A stretch of DNA of 64,000 nt from Basidiobolus meristosporus CBS 931.73 (Eukaryota; Fungi; Basidiobolomycota): assembly GCA_002104905.1 (NCBI GenBank), contig MCFE01000195.1, positions 1 through 64,000 of the forward strand. Reading direction: 5' to 3'. Below, in pieces: positions 10,535-23,210 of this stretch. A model generated the notes under the pieces. The model did no database searches. It was not told the DNA's origin and saw only the letters and a list, made by a program, of their open reading frames with translations. The position numbers were made by a program, and so were the translations under genes. How positions within the stretch are numbered: the stretch's first letter is position 1; each line of letters opens with the position of its first letter.

Positions 10535-11080
10535 CTAATGCGAATTGTGGGCGGGAAAATGGTCGTGCTGATCCTGACTGAGATATGATCCTATGTCTTT
10601 CTTGGAACAATTTTCATTGGGGCTGGTAAACATTAATTCTAAACACTTCGACATCCGCCTTGTGCATGGCTCCACAAGGCCGGCCGATACCACTCCTAAC
10701 TCTTCTTCCTCGTCATCTTCAAAATGGGGGAATGAGATGTAGGCTGAGTTCCTGGTGTTTGGCTCCACTATAATACAGTCCTCTTCCTCCGACAAACAAT
10801 CAGCCACAGGCTGCTTGACATCTGCACTTTTCTTCCGACTGCTGGTGATTCTAAGCTCAAGCATGCTGGTAATATTTGTGGGGATATTGGCGGTCTTCTC
10901 CACCAGACGTGGGAACATCAAGGTATTGTACTTCTTTATCAGATAGCTCTGGACTGCATCTAAATCGATCAGGTCTTTATCTGAATAAGATTTGTGCAGG
11001 TTTAACAAGTGGTTCATGGCGGCTGACATCCTGGCTGGAAAGAGATATGGGACGGAATTGGATGGGTGTGTTGATGGCAC
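10535..11080 (-). CDS. Hypothetical protein, 181 aa
   Basis: ATG-initiated ORF with acidic low-complexity segments; no recognised domain. Confidence 0.35.
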   Translation of the reverse strand: MPSTHPSNSVPYLFPARMSAAMNHLLNLHKSYSDKDLIDLDAVQSYLIKKYNTLMFPRLVEKTANIPTNITSMLELRITSSRKKSADVKQPVADCLSEEEDCIIVEPNTRNSAYISFPHFEDDEEEELGVVSAGLVEPCTRRMSKCLELMFTSPNENCSKKDIGSYLSQDQHDHFPAHNSH

Positions 11081-12242
11081 TCAACTTAAAATATATCCTC
11101 ACATTCCTATTATTGCAAGTTACAGGATACGGGGATTTATGTTTCGTGTAATAGCAAGGGGCTGTTGTGTTTCTTACTGGACTGAAACTCTTGGTAAGGA
11201 TTTGTTTCCTTTTCGGTCAATGGAAGTTAAGCACAATCATGGGCTCGTGTTTATTCGATTGCTCAGGCATAAGCCCTATCTCCTATTTCAGTCGAATTGT
11301 GAATCCAAAAGCTACCTGCATTATCCGAGCTCGGGCAATGAGCGCACACTCTCCGTCATTCAAATCCATGCAGGTTTCTACCTGAATTAGAGTCAGATAA
11401 AAGAGGTGACTCAGATCTTAAACCGAATATTATGATGCAGAATCACAAACCTGAACATGATTCACCAGTGCTGATTCTTTGATGACAAAACAGGGTGACA
11501 AAGAAACCGTGATCCAGACCACAGTCCCCGGGATAAATCCAGGTATCTGCCACAAACCTGTAGAGCTGATCTAGTGATTTGCCTAGAATAGATCCTGTAT
11601 ACTGAGCATCACGCCATAGGCTGGATTGGCATGAATTTAGTGAGCGCCGGCTCCAATACGACATGCTCACGAGCAGATTCCGAAGGTTTACGATCCACTG
11701 ATAAGGATTCAATCAAGGTGTAAGATCTACCGCAGGATTTGTTCAACTGTAGTCATCTTCGAAGTGTACCGGATTGTGTTTGCTCAGTATATTTGGCGGT
11801 CAGCCCCTGTATCCCGCCTACTCACGCCGCTATTGGCCCATCTCCTTGGAGCCATCATCTTGGGCGTGCTCAACCAGATTTACGAAGCCGAAGAGTTGGC
11901 TAACTAACAGCGGAAAGGTGCGCCTCTAATGACGAGATTGATTGAATCCTATATTTATTCCTTGATCGCGGTGACGTTGATTAATTCAAAACAAAGGGCT
12001 CAGTTCTGCAAAAAGTTCATTGACATTTCGAAATGCGCTCGTAACAAAGGGCCATACCCGAAGCATGGAGACAAAGGCGCCTGAAAGATGGTGTATGCTT
12101 TGTTGTGTCGTGCACAGCGTTTTCTCGGTATTTGTTTATTAAGCCAAGGATCATTGGAGAACCAAGTTGAAATCTCCCACTACTCCATTCCCCCGCCCTT
12201 TCTTCCCCACAACGCTTTTCATTCTTAGAATTGATCCTTAGC

Positions 12243-13364
12243 ATGGCTGTAATTGACCCAAACGCACAGGGTGCTCTGGGCTGGGAAATGAATCCCGAGG
12301 ATAGACAGCGACAAGACACATTCATGCAATTTGTGAAATTCTGCAGCATCGCATCGTTCGCCATTACAGTCTTAGTGTTCATCCTGAGCGTGTCTTTCTA
12401 TATTGCCAGACCTCAGATCACGAACAAGATCTCATTCAAGCTCACCATGTGCGTCGTGCTATTCGAGATGATTTTCCATGGAACCACCGCTTATCGTACC
12501 CAGGAATCTCTATTGGCAATTGTGCCAAGTCAAGCGTGCTTCTGGATCAGGTTGATCTTAAACTTCTCCAAGATCATGATAGTGTTGTTAACTTGCACCA
12601 TCGCCTTCAACCTGGACTTGGTGTTCATACATCAGAAACTAGATGCCTCAAGATATCACAAATGGTATATTCCGTTTTCCCTCTGCACTGGGTTGGCTCT
12701 GACAATTCCAAGTGCGATCTATAGTTACGTTAAAGGAGTGTGTTGGTTGGGTGATCCCTCTCAGAGCCTTCTGATCGCACTGGAATGGTGGATAGCAAAT
12801 TACGTATGGCTGATTATTGGGCTGATCTACTCATTGATTGTGGTGGTGCGCGTGATCAGAGTCCTTCGAAGGCATGAGCAATATATTGAAGCGTTCAATC
12901 CCCATGAAACTAGAATGCATGAGAATCTGAAAAGAGTGATCTTTCGGATCATCATGTACGTGACAATACCAATCATTACCTTCACCCCAGCAATCATCTC
13001 CTTCTTTTTCCAAACGATTGGGTTCACGCTCAGCGACGAAGAGTATGGCGGCTTCTATGCGCAGGTAGACACCTTCTTCTGGATTTTGGCTGAGGGGTTC
13101 ACCACCTCCACTGGCATCTTGACTGGATTGGTTTTCTCACTGGATCCCGTGGTCAAGAACGTCTATCTCTCTTTTGGCAAACAGGCCAGACGTCAGCCTG
13201 AGCTTGTTTCGAAATTTCCTAAAAAGAGCGGCACCCCCGAGATTCTATTGAGGGATCATATGATTGCTAATGACATTGACACGAATGTTGAGGGGTACGA
13301 TATAGATATTTCTATACCCACAACCAATGTTTCATCCCCGTCCAAGACGCTTTCATTATTATAG
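12243..13364 (+). CDS. 7-transmembrane G-protein-coupled receptor-like protein (cAMP-receptor/Git3-like)
   Basis: Seven hydrophobic helices with the typical spacing (CWIR..LNF; YHKWY; CW; RMHENLKRVIFRIIMYVTIPII; GILTGLVFSLDP); intronless. Confidence 0.75.
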   Translation: MAVIDPNAQGALGWEMNPEDRQRQDTFMQFVKFCSIASFAITVLVFILSVSFYIARPQITNKISFKLTMCVVLFEMIFHGTTAYRTQESLLAIVPSQACFWIRLILNFSKIMIVLLTCTIAFNLDLVFIHQKLDASRYHKWYIPFSLCTGLALTIPSAIYSYVKGVCWLGDPSQSLLIALEWWIANYVWLIIGLIYSLIVVVRVIRVLRRHEQYIEAFNPHETRMHENLKRVIFRIIMYVTIPIITFTPAIISFFFQTIGFTLSDEEYGGFYAQVDTFFWILAEGFTTSTGILTGLVFSLDPVVKNVYLSFGKQARRQPELVSKFPKKSGTPEILLRDHMIANDIDTNVEGYDIDISIPTTNVSSPSKTLSLL

Positions 13365-13678
13365 CCATCGTCAACAGAAATACCACTTTTGTCTCATCCA
13401 AAGGAAATGACATAAATTATGAGAATATCAAGCTTACATGGGCACCTAAATTAATCCACACCACTGCTCGCCTCGTACCTGCGCATCAACAACATAGCAA
13501 AAAGTCCGAGGCTCTCCTTGATGCATGCGCCAGGGTAGAGGGCAGGGCTCGATGCCAGGTTTGTGGGTGTCGGAGATTGCAGTGTTACGAGCAGTGAATC
13601 CATATTTATTCAAGCGTTCCGATCGGAACATGGATAATATTTCGGCTGACTGATTCTACTGTTTGAATCTTTGATGGG

Positions 13679-14948
13679 TTAAGCCCATTTCCCGAATAAA
13701 GCTTCGATTGGAGTCTCCATACTTAGTTTCAATTTTTTGATTATTCTGACTTCTTGGCCTTCATCCTGCTTGTCCCAATCAAGCTTATCTATTTCTACAG
13801 CCTCACGTAGATATTCATCTACTTCTGTATGCTCATGATGCACCTTCTCCGTAGCACCTATCAATACGATTTCGCAGCTCTCATGCTCCAGAAAGTCTGT
13901 AGTTTCGAGTGGAGCCCATTTACGGCCCTTGAATTCTTGTTGTAACTTTTTTGGAAACCCCGTTTTTTCTTCCTCCGATAAACCGAGATGATTAGGATTT
14001 CCTGCTTCAGGGTTCTATGTAGTTCTGGTTAGCAACATCTCGGATAAGATACTTGCTTGGATTAATTTACCTTAACTGAGATAATGTAACTTCCTTCCTT
14101 TACGATATTGAATTCACGCTGAATTTCCCCGAGCTTTTCTGGAAATTGAAGCACTACAACAATGAAACCTCGAGTTAGTATTCGTGATCTGTTTTGGACT
14201 CCAGTATGCATGTAGATATCTATACCGTAAACTAGATGTGTATGTCTCTCATGACAAACAATGGCATAGATTCCTTCTCCCTGATACGTACCCGTCATTT
14301 AGTTGATGGTTGTCCCAAATGCTGCCAAGCTACTTACCATGGGACGGCATTTCTCTAATGTTCTTTCGCCCATCGACGCAGTCTTATAATGCTCCTCATC
14401 CAATACCTGATGAAGCTCATTCAGTGAGTTCGCGGTTTTATTCTGCAAGAAAAATGACGTTCAGGATTTTTCTGGAGAGGGGAAGTTAAGAGGACAATAC
14501 TCACCACATACCCCCAAATCCTTTCCTTACTCTTCGTATCGGGAAGTCTCTTTTTGCCAATCACAATGGATCGGTATTTAGGGAGCTCATGGTTTGTGAT
14601 CTCCTCATATCCTGTTGGTATTTTCCGCTTCTTATTATCGAGTGGTTCGCCAATATTCTCGGGGATTCCCTCGGTCTCAGAGGCCTCTGCCTCCTTGGTT
14701 GCTTCTGTATTTGTTTCAACCTTGGTGCTCTGCATCTGTGAAGCATCTTTGTCGTCAACCTCAAGATTTGTCTTGGCCAGATTTTTCCTAACTAAACCTG
14801 GGCTTAGGACCAATATCAATTTTTGGACGTCCTCTATCTTCTCTGCATGATCAAGGGCAACTTTGGGTCGGTATAGGAAATAGATATGCCCTTTCTCAAT
14901 TATCGAGTCTGGAGGATTGCTCTCCAAATCTTCAAGCTTACTAGTCAT
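13679..14948 (-). CDS. Conserved hypothetical protein (EKGHIYFLYRPKV family), spliced
   Basis: Motifs EKGHIYFLYRPKV...DVQKLILVLSP, RSIVIGKKRLP, GEGIYAIV..RHTHLVY, ELGEIQREFNIVKEGSYIISVK across three ORF-track segments; recognised as a family widespread in fungi and bacteria, function unknown. Confidence 0.65.
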
Positions 14949-17180
14949 GATTCAAGTGTATCTGTAGAGAAGCCTCTATCCTATATTTTATATCCAGCCC
15001 CATATCAATACATGCTTTGCTCATGTCATCAGTAATTATGACATCAGTTTCCTACATGGTATAGCTATGATGACAATTGCTATATGCATGTCGGTGAATC
15101 AACTCTGTCCATCTGCTGCAAAGCTCATCAAGACTCCAATTGGGAAAGGGAGGCAAGGAATTCAATGTGCTGGCAAGAAAGTGGTTGAGGGACGTTTCAT
15201 GTGAGTTTCGGTGGCACCCAGCTTCGTTCAGTACATTCTCCATCAAATGACCATACTAGCAGTTGCCCATACAAACAGGGCTTGCTTCCAAAGTTGAGGA
15301 AATGCAATCAAAATATATAATGCCACTTCTGGATTTCAACCAGCCCATCAAAGAACAATTTCTATACCTTATAAGGACTATTGCCTGCGAAGAAGCTTGG
15401 CTTATTGCTTCAATCTCACTATAAATACAAACACTATACTATTATAGTCTTGAGATGATTTCATGTTAGCTGTGCTAATCATAGAACAACTGGAGTGGTG
15501 GCTGAGTCATCCCAGCCAAGATTAGCTAGTGCCTCCAGGACTTTAATCTTACTTCAGAACCAGAAGATTTTGCAAGTCAGGTGAGCTCTCGCACATCACT
15601 TGCTGCGTGTGCGTCTGGATGATTGGCGTTGGTAAGAGGATCACGTGGACTACTCAAGAGTGACCAGTCGATTTACAAAGCCACATGGTGACTAGACAAA
15701 TCAAGCTTGCTTATTAGAATGCTCAAGACAGCTTCCATTAGGATGTCGATCGCCTGGATAGCACAGAAATATGCTGAAGGCTAGATTAAAAATCAAAGAT
15801 GGATTTATGATTACTCCGAATAGTGCAGGCTGCCCGGGAAACGAGGGGAGTTTCTAATCCAACACACGCATGCATTATACCGCATCTAGAGCGTACTTGT
15901 CAAGTTGTCCTGGATGATCGCTGTTCCAAATACCGTTGAGAGAACCTGAGCAATGAACTATACCGGTGTAATTGATGCGTTCGTACTTCAATATTATTCT
16001 ACTAGGGCTGATAACCTCTACATCAACACCTCAATCAAATAATGTACATTAAGTGCATAATTTTGATGATTTGTCGAATTCAATACATGGAGATGCATCA
16101 GAGGTTCCATTGCATTGGTGGTAGCATAAACCTGTTCCTCTGTACCTTCTTATATCTTGTTCACTTGACAGGCGGAGTAAATCCACTGCCCGCCTAGCGA
16201 AATGGTATCATGCGTGCTCTCCAGACTAGTAAGACATTAAGGGTTCACGCCTAAACGGCGAATCCTCGCCACTTGTTTCAGGACTGTAAAACCTTGCTCC
16301 TGGTTTGCTGTACCCAAAATAGAATATGAAGCGGTCAAGTAGCTATCTTGGTCATACATTCACGCTAAAGGGTGCCTCCGGTATTTTCGGGTTCGCTGGA
16401 TGTGAAATTGATTGAGATAAGGTCAATGTGTCCACGTATACATACTCATGGCGCTATTGAGCGATGTTTCGTTCTCGCGTAATAGAAATATCTCGTGCAG
16501 TCACCTCTTTCTGTGTAATCCGCTATTTTCAGGGAGTGAAAGATCCAGTGCGACGTACGAAGTATACTAGGCCAGTTTACGTAAGGACTACTCAAAGAGA
16601 ACTCGGAGCAGAATCAAGCCCATGTCCTGTCAAATATTGGTCTCTTAGTTGTTTGTCAGTAGGTGATCGAAGGGATCGCAGCATCCGGCAATATTGACTG
16701 CTGTAATGGCACCAGTCGGACCATTTAGTTACTCCAAATGGAAACTCGTTCTGAAGGTTACACTCCATAAGGGTTGAAACTCGTATCGAGGCATTGAACA
16801 CTATTGATTAGTATTGTAAGCATTGGAGTTGTTCCAGAAAATGGCTTATTGTTGGCGAATGAGCGGTCGACATTGTACGGAGCCTTGGCAGCCTGATGGT
16901 GTCTCGCACTAGCAATTTTCTCCGTTGCATTATACCAAACCTGGAGAAAGGGGACAAGGGACAAGAAATTCAAATTGCTGAGCTGTATTAGAATCTAGTC
17001 AAGTAATTCACTGCAGCCAAACCTGGTAAGCATCACACTTTCCCTCACTTGTACTTCTCAACCTCTCATTTTCCTCGCAGCCATATATAGGGGTAATTAA
17101 ACCGAGCTAAAAACTATTTAGCCTGGATGGAAGCCGTTCGTAGTATCTCCATCATTTATTCTCGCTTTTTATTTGTTTCA

Positions 17181-17669
17181 ATGGCACCAAACAATCATTA
17201 TGCTTCTTCTGGCTTCACTGGATGCCCATTTGCAGCCAGCCTAGGGATACCCAGCACTTCGCCTACCGCGTCTGAATACCAGTATGTCGATGAAATGAGC
17301 TCTACGTGCTCTAGCGTTCCAACGTTGCTTGATCTGTTCAGCGAACGGATGGTAGAGGTGTTGGTGGATCGATTCTACAAATACAACCTCCGTGATCGCA
17401 ACATCAAGCATTTCTTCAAGGGAGTGAATATGGAACACTTGAAGTCCATGCAGACAAAGTACCTACTGCATGTGTTGGGAGGCAAACAATACAACGGGCG
17501 TAGCATGCGCGCGGCACACAAGCGCCTCCTTGATTTCAAGGACAAACACTTCGATTCTATTCTAAAGAACCTGACCAAAGCGATGAAAGATATCAAGCTG
17601 AGCGATCCCATAATAAAGCTTGTGCTGTCGTCCGCCGAATCCACAAGAGACGAAGTACTCGGAAGATGA
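17181..17669 (+). CDS. Group 1 truncated (2/2) haemoglobin with N-terminal Ser-rich extension
   Basis: VDRFYKYNLRDRNIKHFFKGVNMEHLKSMQTKYLLHVLGGKQYNGRSMRAAHKRL...HFDSI matches TrHb1/GlbN motifs (B10 Tyr, CD1 Phe, E7 Gln, GG..Y.G, proximal His). Confidence 0.85.
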   Translation: MAPNNHYASSGFTGCPFAASLGIPSTSPTASEYQYVDEMSSTCSSVPTLLDLFSERMVEVLVDRFYKYNLRDRNIKHFFKGVNMEHLKSMQTKYLLHVLGGKQYNGRSMRAAHKRLLDFKDKHFDSILKNLTKAMKDIKLSDPIIKLVLSSAESTRDEVLGR

Positions 17670-18989
17670 TCAGCTTCCTTCTCACAGCTGCTTCCACACG
17701 TCACCCATTTTTGTCAACCTACGCTTTGTCTTAACGAATGTATTAACCAGACCGATCCATGAATGCCCATTATTATCCAGAATACCACACCACGTAAGAA
17801 TCAACACTAGCAAGCAAAAGCCGGAATTTTGATTGAACCTTGATACCTATATAAATAAATCGATAAACAGACATGGCATTGCATTCTCAGACGTGTGGGG
17901 CGGGCATTTGGTGTGTTGGGAATGGAGACTGTAGATAGAACCGAATGAGATCGAATGCGTGAAATCCTCTACAAGGATAGGCATGCTCTGAACCATGTCG
18001 TCTTAAGAATAGCTTTACTGTTTGCTTCGGTTTAACCAGAAGGTTCGGCGGAGGATCTCTTACATAGATTCTGGATGGTGGATTTGTAATCAGCCTTTAT
18101 TGGAACCGTATTTGCTACGGTAGCAATGATTTATTTAAAGCTTGATACAAACCAATTCCTTGGTTCCACAACAGGTCCTGTCCGAGTGTTTGTCACCGAG
18201 GGTGCTTTAGGGCTTGTAAGTAGGCGAGACTTGAGACAATGCTCATTGTAATGCTACGCGGTTGTATTGTCATAGGTGACTGTTTAGTAATCTCAGGTGT
18301 AGAACAGGATGCACTCTGGTGGCCAGAACGCATCAGTGCCAAGGGAGACCAAGGGATGTACTCGACTCTTTATGATACTTGCTATACTGGCATTACATTT
18401 AAGATTACTCCAGGTCAGGTAAGCTAGTAGTGACTTACCATTTGTCGGTTCGAGTCACTTGTTACACATTCCAGCCTCTTCATGTGTCGCTGCAGGACCT
18501 CTGTTCACACTCAGACCGCCCTCTGCGCGTCCACATGAAACCTTGGTTAGCCCATTCTTGGGAAATCGTTTCCGGGAAGCGAAAAAGATCAGCCTACAAT
18601 GGGATTAATTGTGCGGGCAGGATTATCCGCGGATTATGCCAATATCATGGCACTATTATTGATCCTTGGGACGGCGCAACCGATTTGTATTTATTGGAAA
18701 ATCTTCTTATTTCCCGTTTCTTATTTGGGATGGTCACGTTGCTCAGTTGATGGCAAACCACTCAATTCCCTCGAATCTGGCGCGCGGCCTTGTTTGTGAC
18801 ACAGGTATGTATGTACATTATTAGTTCTGTAGCGTTATCAGTATGCAGAATCGCCCGACTTCAAATCTATCAAGCCACCGAGCAGGAATTGAGAGGTTAG
18901 TTTCATGATATTGTGTAGTGGAAGCCAAGTGGGAGCGCTTCTATGCGGCTTTAATTTACTTCGGGCTTCATTCATAGCTGAAAATGCGA

Positions 18990-20830
18990 ATTTCATATTT
19001 TGGGTACCGGATATTTTGGTGAAAATACTCCAAGTAAATCCCAACAAGGAACATGGTCAGAATTCTCCAAGATTTGTAGGTAATGATATAAGTGACTAAG
19101 CTAGGGAAATATTTAGGTGTAAATATAAAATTTACAACACTCCCACTCAACTGAATATTTGTATCAACTAGTCCTAATTATGATCTAAAATAATCATACT
19201 TATGTCTAGCTTATGGCTTGGTGAATATGTCTGCAATTATTTCATTTGTAGGACAGTAAACTAAGCCAACCAAGTTATTCTCTATAGCCTCCCATATGAA
19301 ATGTCTAATATTTATGTGCTTAGTTCTAGCATGAAAAGTTGGATTTTTACCTAATTGTATACATCCTTGACTATCTTCAAATAATGTAGCAGGGGTGTTT
19401 TGACATAAGCCTAAGTCTTTAAAGTGCTTTCTTAGCTACATTGCTTCTGTTGTAGCCTCACAGGCTGCTATATACTCTGCCTCTGTGTTGAAAAGTGCTA
19501 AAATTGGTTGCTTTCTTGAATGCTACATAATTGCTTCTTTACATCAATGAAAGGTGTCATGATCACATAATGTCCCTAACTCTTGATGATCATGCTAAAT
19601 GAGGTTGAAGAAGTCCCACATCCTTCTACAATGTTCCACTAGATTCTGGCAAGTTCTTGAAAGCTTCAAGTTAATGTTCCATAGAAGAACATTCTACAAA
19701 GCCTCTTACTGAAATTGATTCAGCTTTGTGCCATATATGGTACTCCTATGTCACATGACTAAGTCACATTATCACCTGTCCTCATGCATAAATACATGTG
19801 ATATTCTTGTCTGTTCTTTGCTATAATTCTATCTTGGTATATTTACTATGCCCCACCCCTGGACACCATTAGTATTGGCCAATATCTCTTGGCATTCATA
19901 TTGCTAAACAGTATATATATTCTTTCCCCCCTTGTGTACCCCTCAGCTTGAGAAATACAGATTTTGAACTAGCAGCCTTACCTTGCTGATCCACACATTA
20001 GTCCTTTCCAGGTACTGCCTTGTGTCTATTCATAACAAAAGTGTATACTGTAGTGAATCTTCTGTCTTCTACATCTTGTCCCCAATCAGCATCATTGCAT
20101 TGTTGTAGGTATACCCAAGGCTTGCTGTAAAAATACATAATTCCACCTAAATATTCACCTAACTTGATCACTTAGATCATTACCTTCATATTCTAGGGAA
20201 TACTGACCAAATTTCTTGTTGGGATTTACTTAAAATATTCTTGCCAAAATACCAGGTACCCAGAACATGAAAATTATATGAGTTGTCCAAACAGCCCCAC
20301 CCTTTGCACACATGTTCTTGGGACCTTCCTTAACCTATTCTACATGTCTTAGGACCTTCCTTAATCTATTCTATGTGTTTGTTATGCTAAGACCGTGTAA
20401 AAGTATAAATACTACTCTTACATTCAATAAATCATTTAGTGCAAGCCACATATTCTACTTGTCCTCCCAAATCACTTCTAACATCTCCAAGACTCTTACA
20501 ACAAAGCTCTATCTGGAATATGGTAGCTAATATAGTCAGTAGTCCTGCTTTGAAATCTCAGGGATTCCAAATATGATTCTATCTTGAAATTCAAAACTCA
20601 TTGTGGTTATTTGAAACTGAGTAAAGACTTTCTAAGCCTGTAAGCCTAGTAGAAGCCATCTTAGTCAGAAAACCCATCAGGTATGGTTATTTACATGTCC
20701 TTATCATGTTCCCAATGCAAATATGCTGCTTTTACATTTATCTGATGAATTAAAAGCTTTATTTAGTTGCAATAGGCAATAATAATCTGATGGAACTAAA
20801 TGGTTACCAGTGCCAAGGTTTCAGTCTATT
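18990..20830 (-). mobile_element. Degenerate Ty1/copia element(s): RT and RNase H remnants, polypurine tract and partial 3' LTR
   Basis: Minus-strand translations: LLIHQINVKAAYLH...RLRKSL (RT, ~20570-20770); ADWGQDVEDRRFTT (~20060-20100); TEAEYIAACEA...NPTFHARTKHINIR...IADIFTKP (RNase H, ~19210-19540). The PPT TTGAGTGGGAG abuts the LTR start TGTTGTAAA at 19139. Many stops. Confidence 0.88.
20123..20503 (+). mobile_element. Solo LTR of the copia family, inserted into the older copia remnant
   Basis: TGCTGTAAAA...CTCTTACAACA ends; internal TATAAA (~20404) and AATAAA (~20426); flanks AGGCT / AAGCT (near-perfect 5-bp TSD). Confidence 0.85.
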
Positions 20831-20831
20831 C

Positions 20832-21170
20832 TGCTTTAAAATTTGTAATTGCACCTGAATATTTACCTAACTTGACTTCTCAGATTGTCACCTGCAAATC
20901 TTAGAGATATCTGACCAAATCAGTACTTGGGATTTACTTGGAATATTTTCACCAAAATATCAGGTATCCAGAGCATCAGATTTTGGCAAGTTGTTCCAAC
21001 AGCTCCAAATCTAGAACACATATGCTTGGGACCTTTCTAGACATATTTTATGTGTTGGGCTTGCCAAGACAATGAAAAGTGCCAATACAACTTTGCCACT
21101 CATACGCCAAGGAGTGAAGAACACATAATCTACTTGTTCCACCAGTCACTTCCAATATCTGCAAAACAGT
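20832..21170 (+). mobile_element. Degenerate LTR copy, same family
   Basis: Collinear similarity to 20123-20503; ends eroded. Confidence 0.7.
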
Positions 21171-21329
21171 GACTAAAGGTTATAAACTCCAAGCTGTCAC
21201 TCTCTAAAATACCTACTTATGCTAGTGCTGCAATATTCTCAAATGCAGAAAAGTTGGATGGATCTAACTGCCAAGTCTTGAAGGTGAAGATGAATATGCT
21301 GCAACAGCAAAGAGGCCTTTGGGACTTTG

Positions 21330-22780
21330 TTATGGCAGAAGAATGCTCTCAAAAGGAGTAGGAGAAGAATTCAATGCTTCAAAAACAGAGATAATCAGCA
21401 GAAAAAGCCTGAATATGAAAATGCAGCCATACTAGAAGAAAGTCTATTAACATCTGCACTAAATATGACTGCAGACAAATACATTCAGAGAGGGTATAAT
21501 AACTATGGAGCATCTCAACACCTTTCACACTAAAAGGACTTCTTACCCAATGTCAAGAAATTCCAATTAAGAAGGTTTTCATGTGTAATGATAGTATGTT
21601 TGATGCAGTTGGACAGGGAACTATCCAAGCAAGCCTCCAAGGTTGTGAAGGATGCCATGCACTTGCTGTTGTGCACCAACATTTGAACTTGGCAGTTTTT
21701 CAAAGTCAGAAAATCTATTACCCTAACTGATTTTCCCAAACCAAATATAGCAAATCCCAGTCATGTTGCATTTTATCCCATCTCAGAATCTATTGCAGCT
21801 ATCACACCTGATCCATTTTATGTGATCATTATGTTTTTAACAAATCTGCTATACCTCCCCTGGTGATTGGTCATCTAAGATCTATCCAATCACTCAGTAG
21901 TTGCCAAGACATGAGCTGATTGATGATGCAATTTGCATTTATCTTACCCACCTATCAACACCCCAATTGATTTCAATTTATCTAGTCTCTTAGTCCTCAC
22001 CACTTCCACTTGATCAGAAGAGTATAAATAATGTTTACTGAACCTTTTGGTTTAGTGTGTGTGTCAACAAAGTTAAGATTGTGTAACAGCAAAATTGAGA
22101 ATTCCACAATTGCATTCTAGTTTCTACCCAAGCCTAGCAAATATAGCACTCCCAAGAAAGCCAAGCCTAGCCTGCATAGCAAACCAACTCTGTTGCCTTT
22201 ATAGCCAAACCCAGTTAAACTCAAGACCAGTATTAGACTAGATCCTTTTTGCAAATATTTCTGCCACTCTCTGACAATTCTGAGATTCTGCACTTGACTG
22301 TCCCATTGGTTCAGTAAACAGTTCAAGAGTCTTGTTACACTATTTCTTGGACCCAACAGTTACCTTGAGAGAGGTACTCTATGTATCAGAAGTGGCCAAG
22401 ATCCTACTTTTTGTAAGCAAGCCCACAGTCAAAGACCCAGTTTCACTTTTGACAACTCTGGATGCAGGATCACTGATCAATGGGTGTTCATATTGCTTTG
22501 GCCATCAGAGATCAAAACCTATGCAAGTTGACTTATATTCCATCATATCTGGAAGCCAATATGAGTAACCTACACAAAAAAGCCCAAATGCCTTGGCATG
22601 AGATATTTGGGCACATCAACTTTGATTTTGTTTGTGCAAAATGATCAAAAATCAGCAAAGCTCCACAGTAAAAACTGATCCCCAGCTAATTTGGGGCAGT
22701 GTGAAGCATGCATACATAGGAAACAAGTCCAATAGTAGCATCTTCATCCTCTCCATCTGGACTTGGTAGTAAATATATCT
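21330..22780 (+). pseudogene. Ty1/copia pol remnants (protease and pre-integrase region)
   Basis: NYGASQHLS...KKVFMCNDSMFDAVGQGTI (~21500-21630); TLREVLYVSEVAKILLFVSK (~22360); WHEIFGHINF (~22590); CEACIHRKQ (~22700), with stops and frameshifts. Confidence 0.75.
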
Positions 22781-22819
22781 ATCTTTTCTGCATATGGAAA
22801 ATCCTGTAATAGCAGTATA

Positions 22820-23169
22820 TGCTGTTAAAGCCATGGATATATTAGAAGTGATTGGGAGAGTAAGTAGATTATGTAGTTTTCACTGAATGATATATTGAAT
22901 GTAAAAGTAGCATTTTTACTCTTACATGGTCTTGGCATAGCAAGCATGTGGAATAGGTTTTGTAAGGTATCAAGAGCATGTGAGCAAAGTTTGGGGATGT
23001 TTGGACAACTTATCTAGTGTTCATGTTCTGGGTGCCTGATATTGTGGAGAAACATATTTTGAATAAGTCACCACAAGGAATTTGGCCAGTATTCTGTAGA
23101 ATCTATAGGTAGTGATCTAAGTGACTAAGCTAGGTGAATATTTAGGTGGAATCACAAGCTTTTACAACA
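22820..23169 (-). mobile_element. Solo LTR with perfect 5-bp TSD
   Basis: Family member ending TTTTACAACA on the + strand; GTATA on both sides (22815-22819 and 23170-23174). Confidence 0.85.
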
Positions 23170-23210
23170 GTATAGACATTCCAGTGAGTGACAACTTTGG
23201 ACTCATTTCC

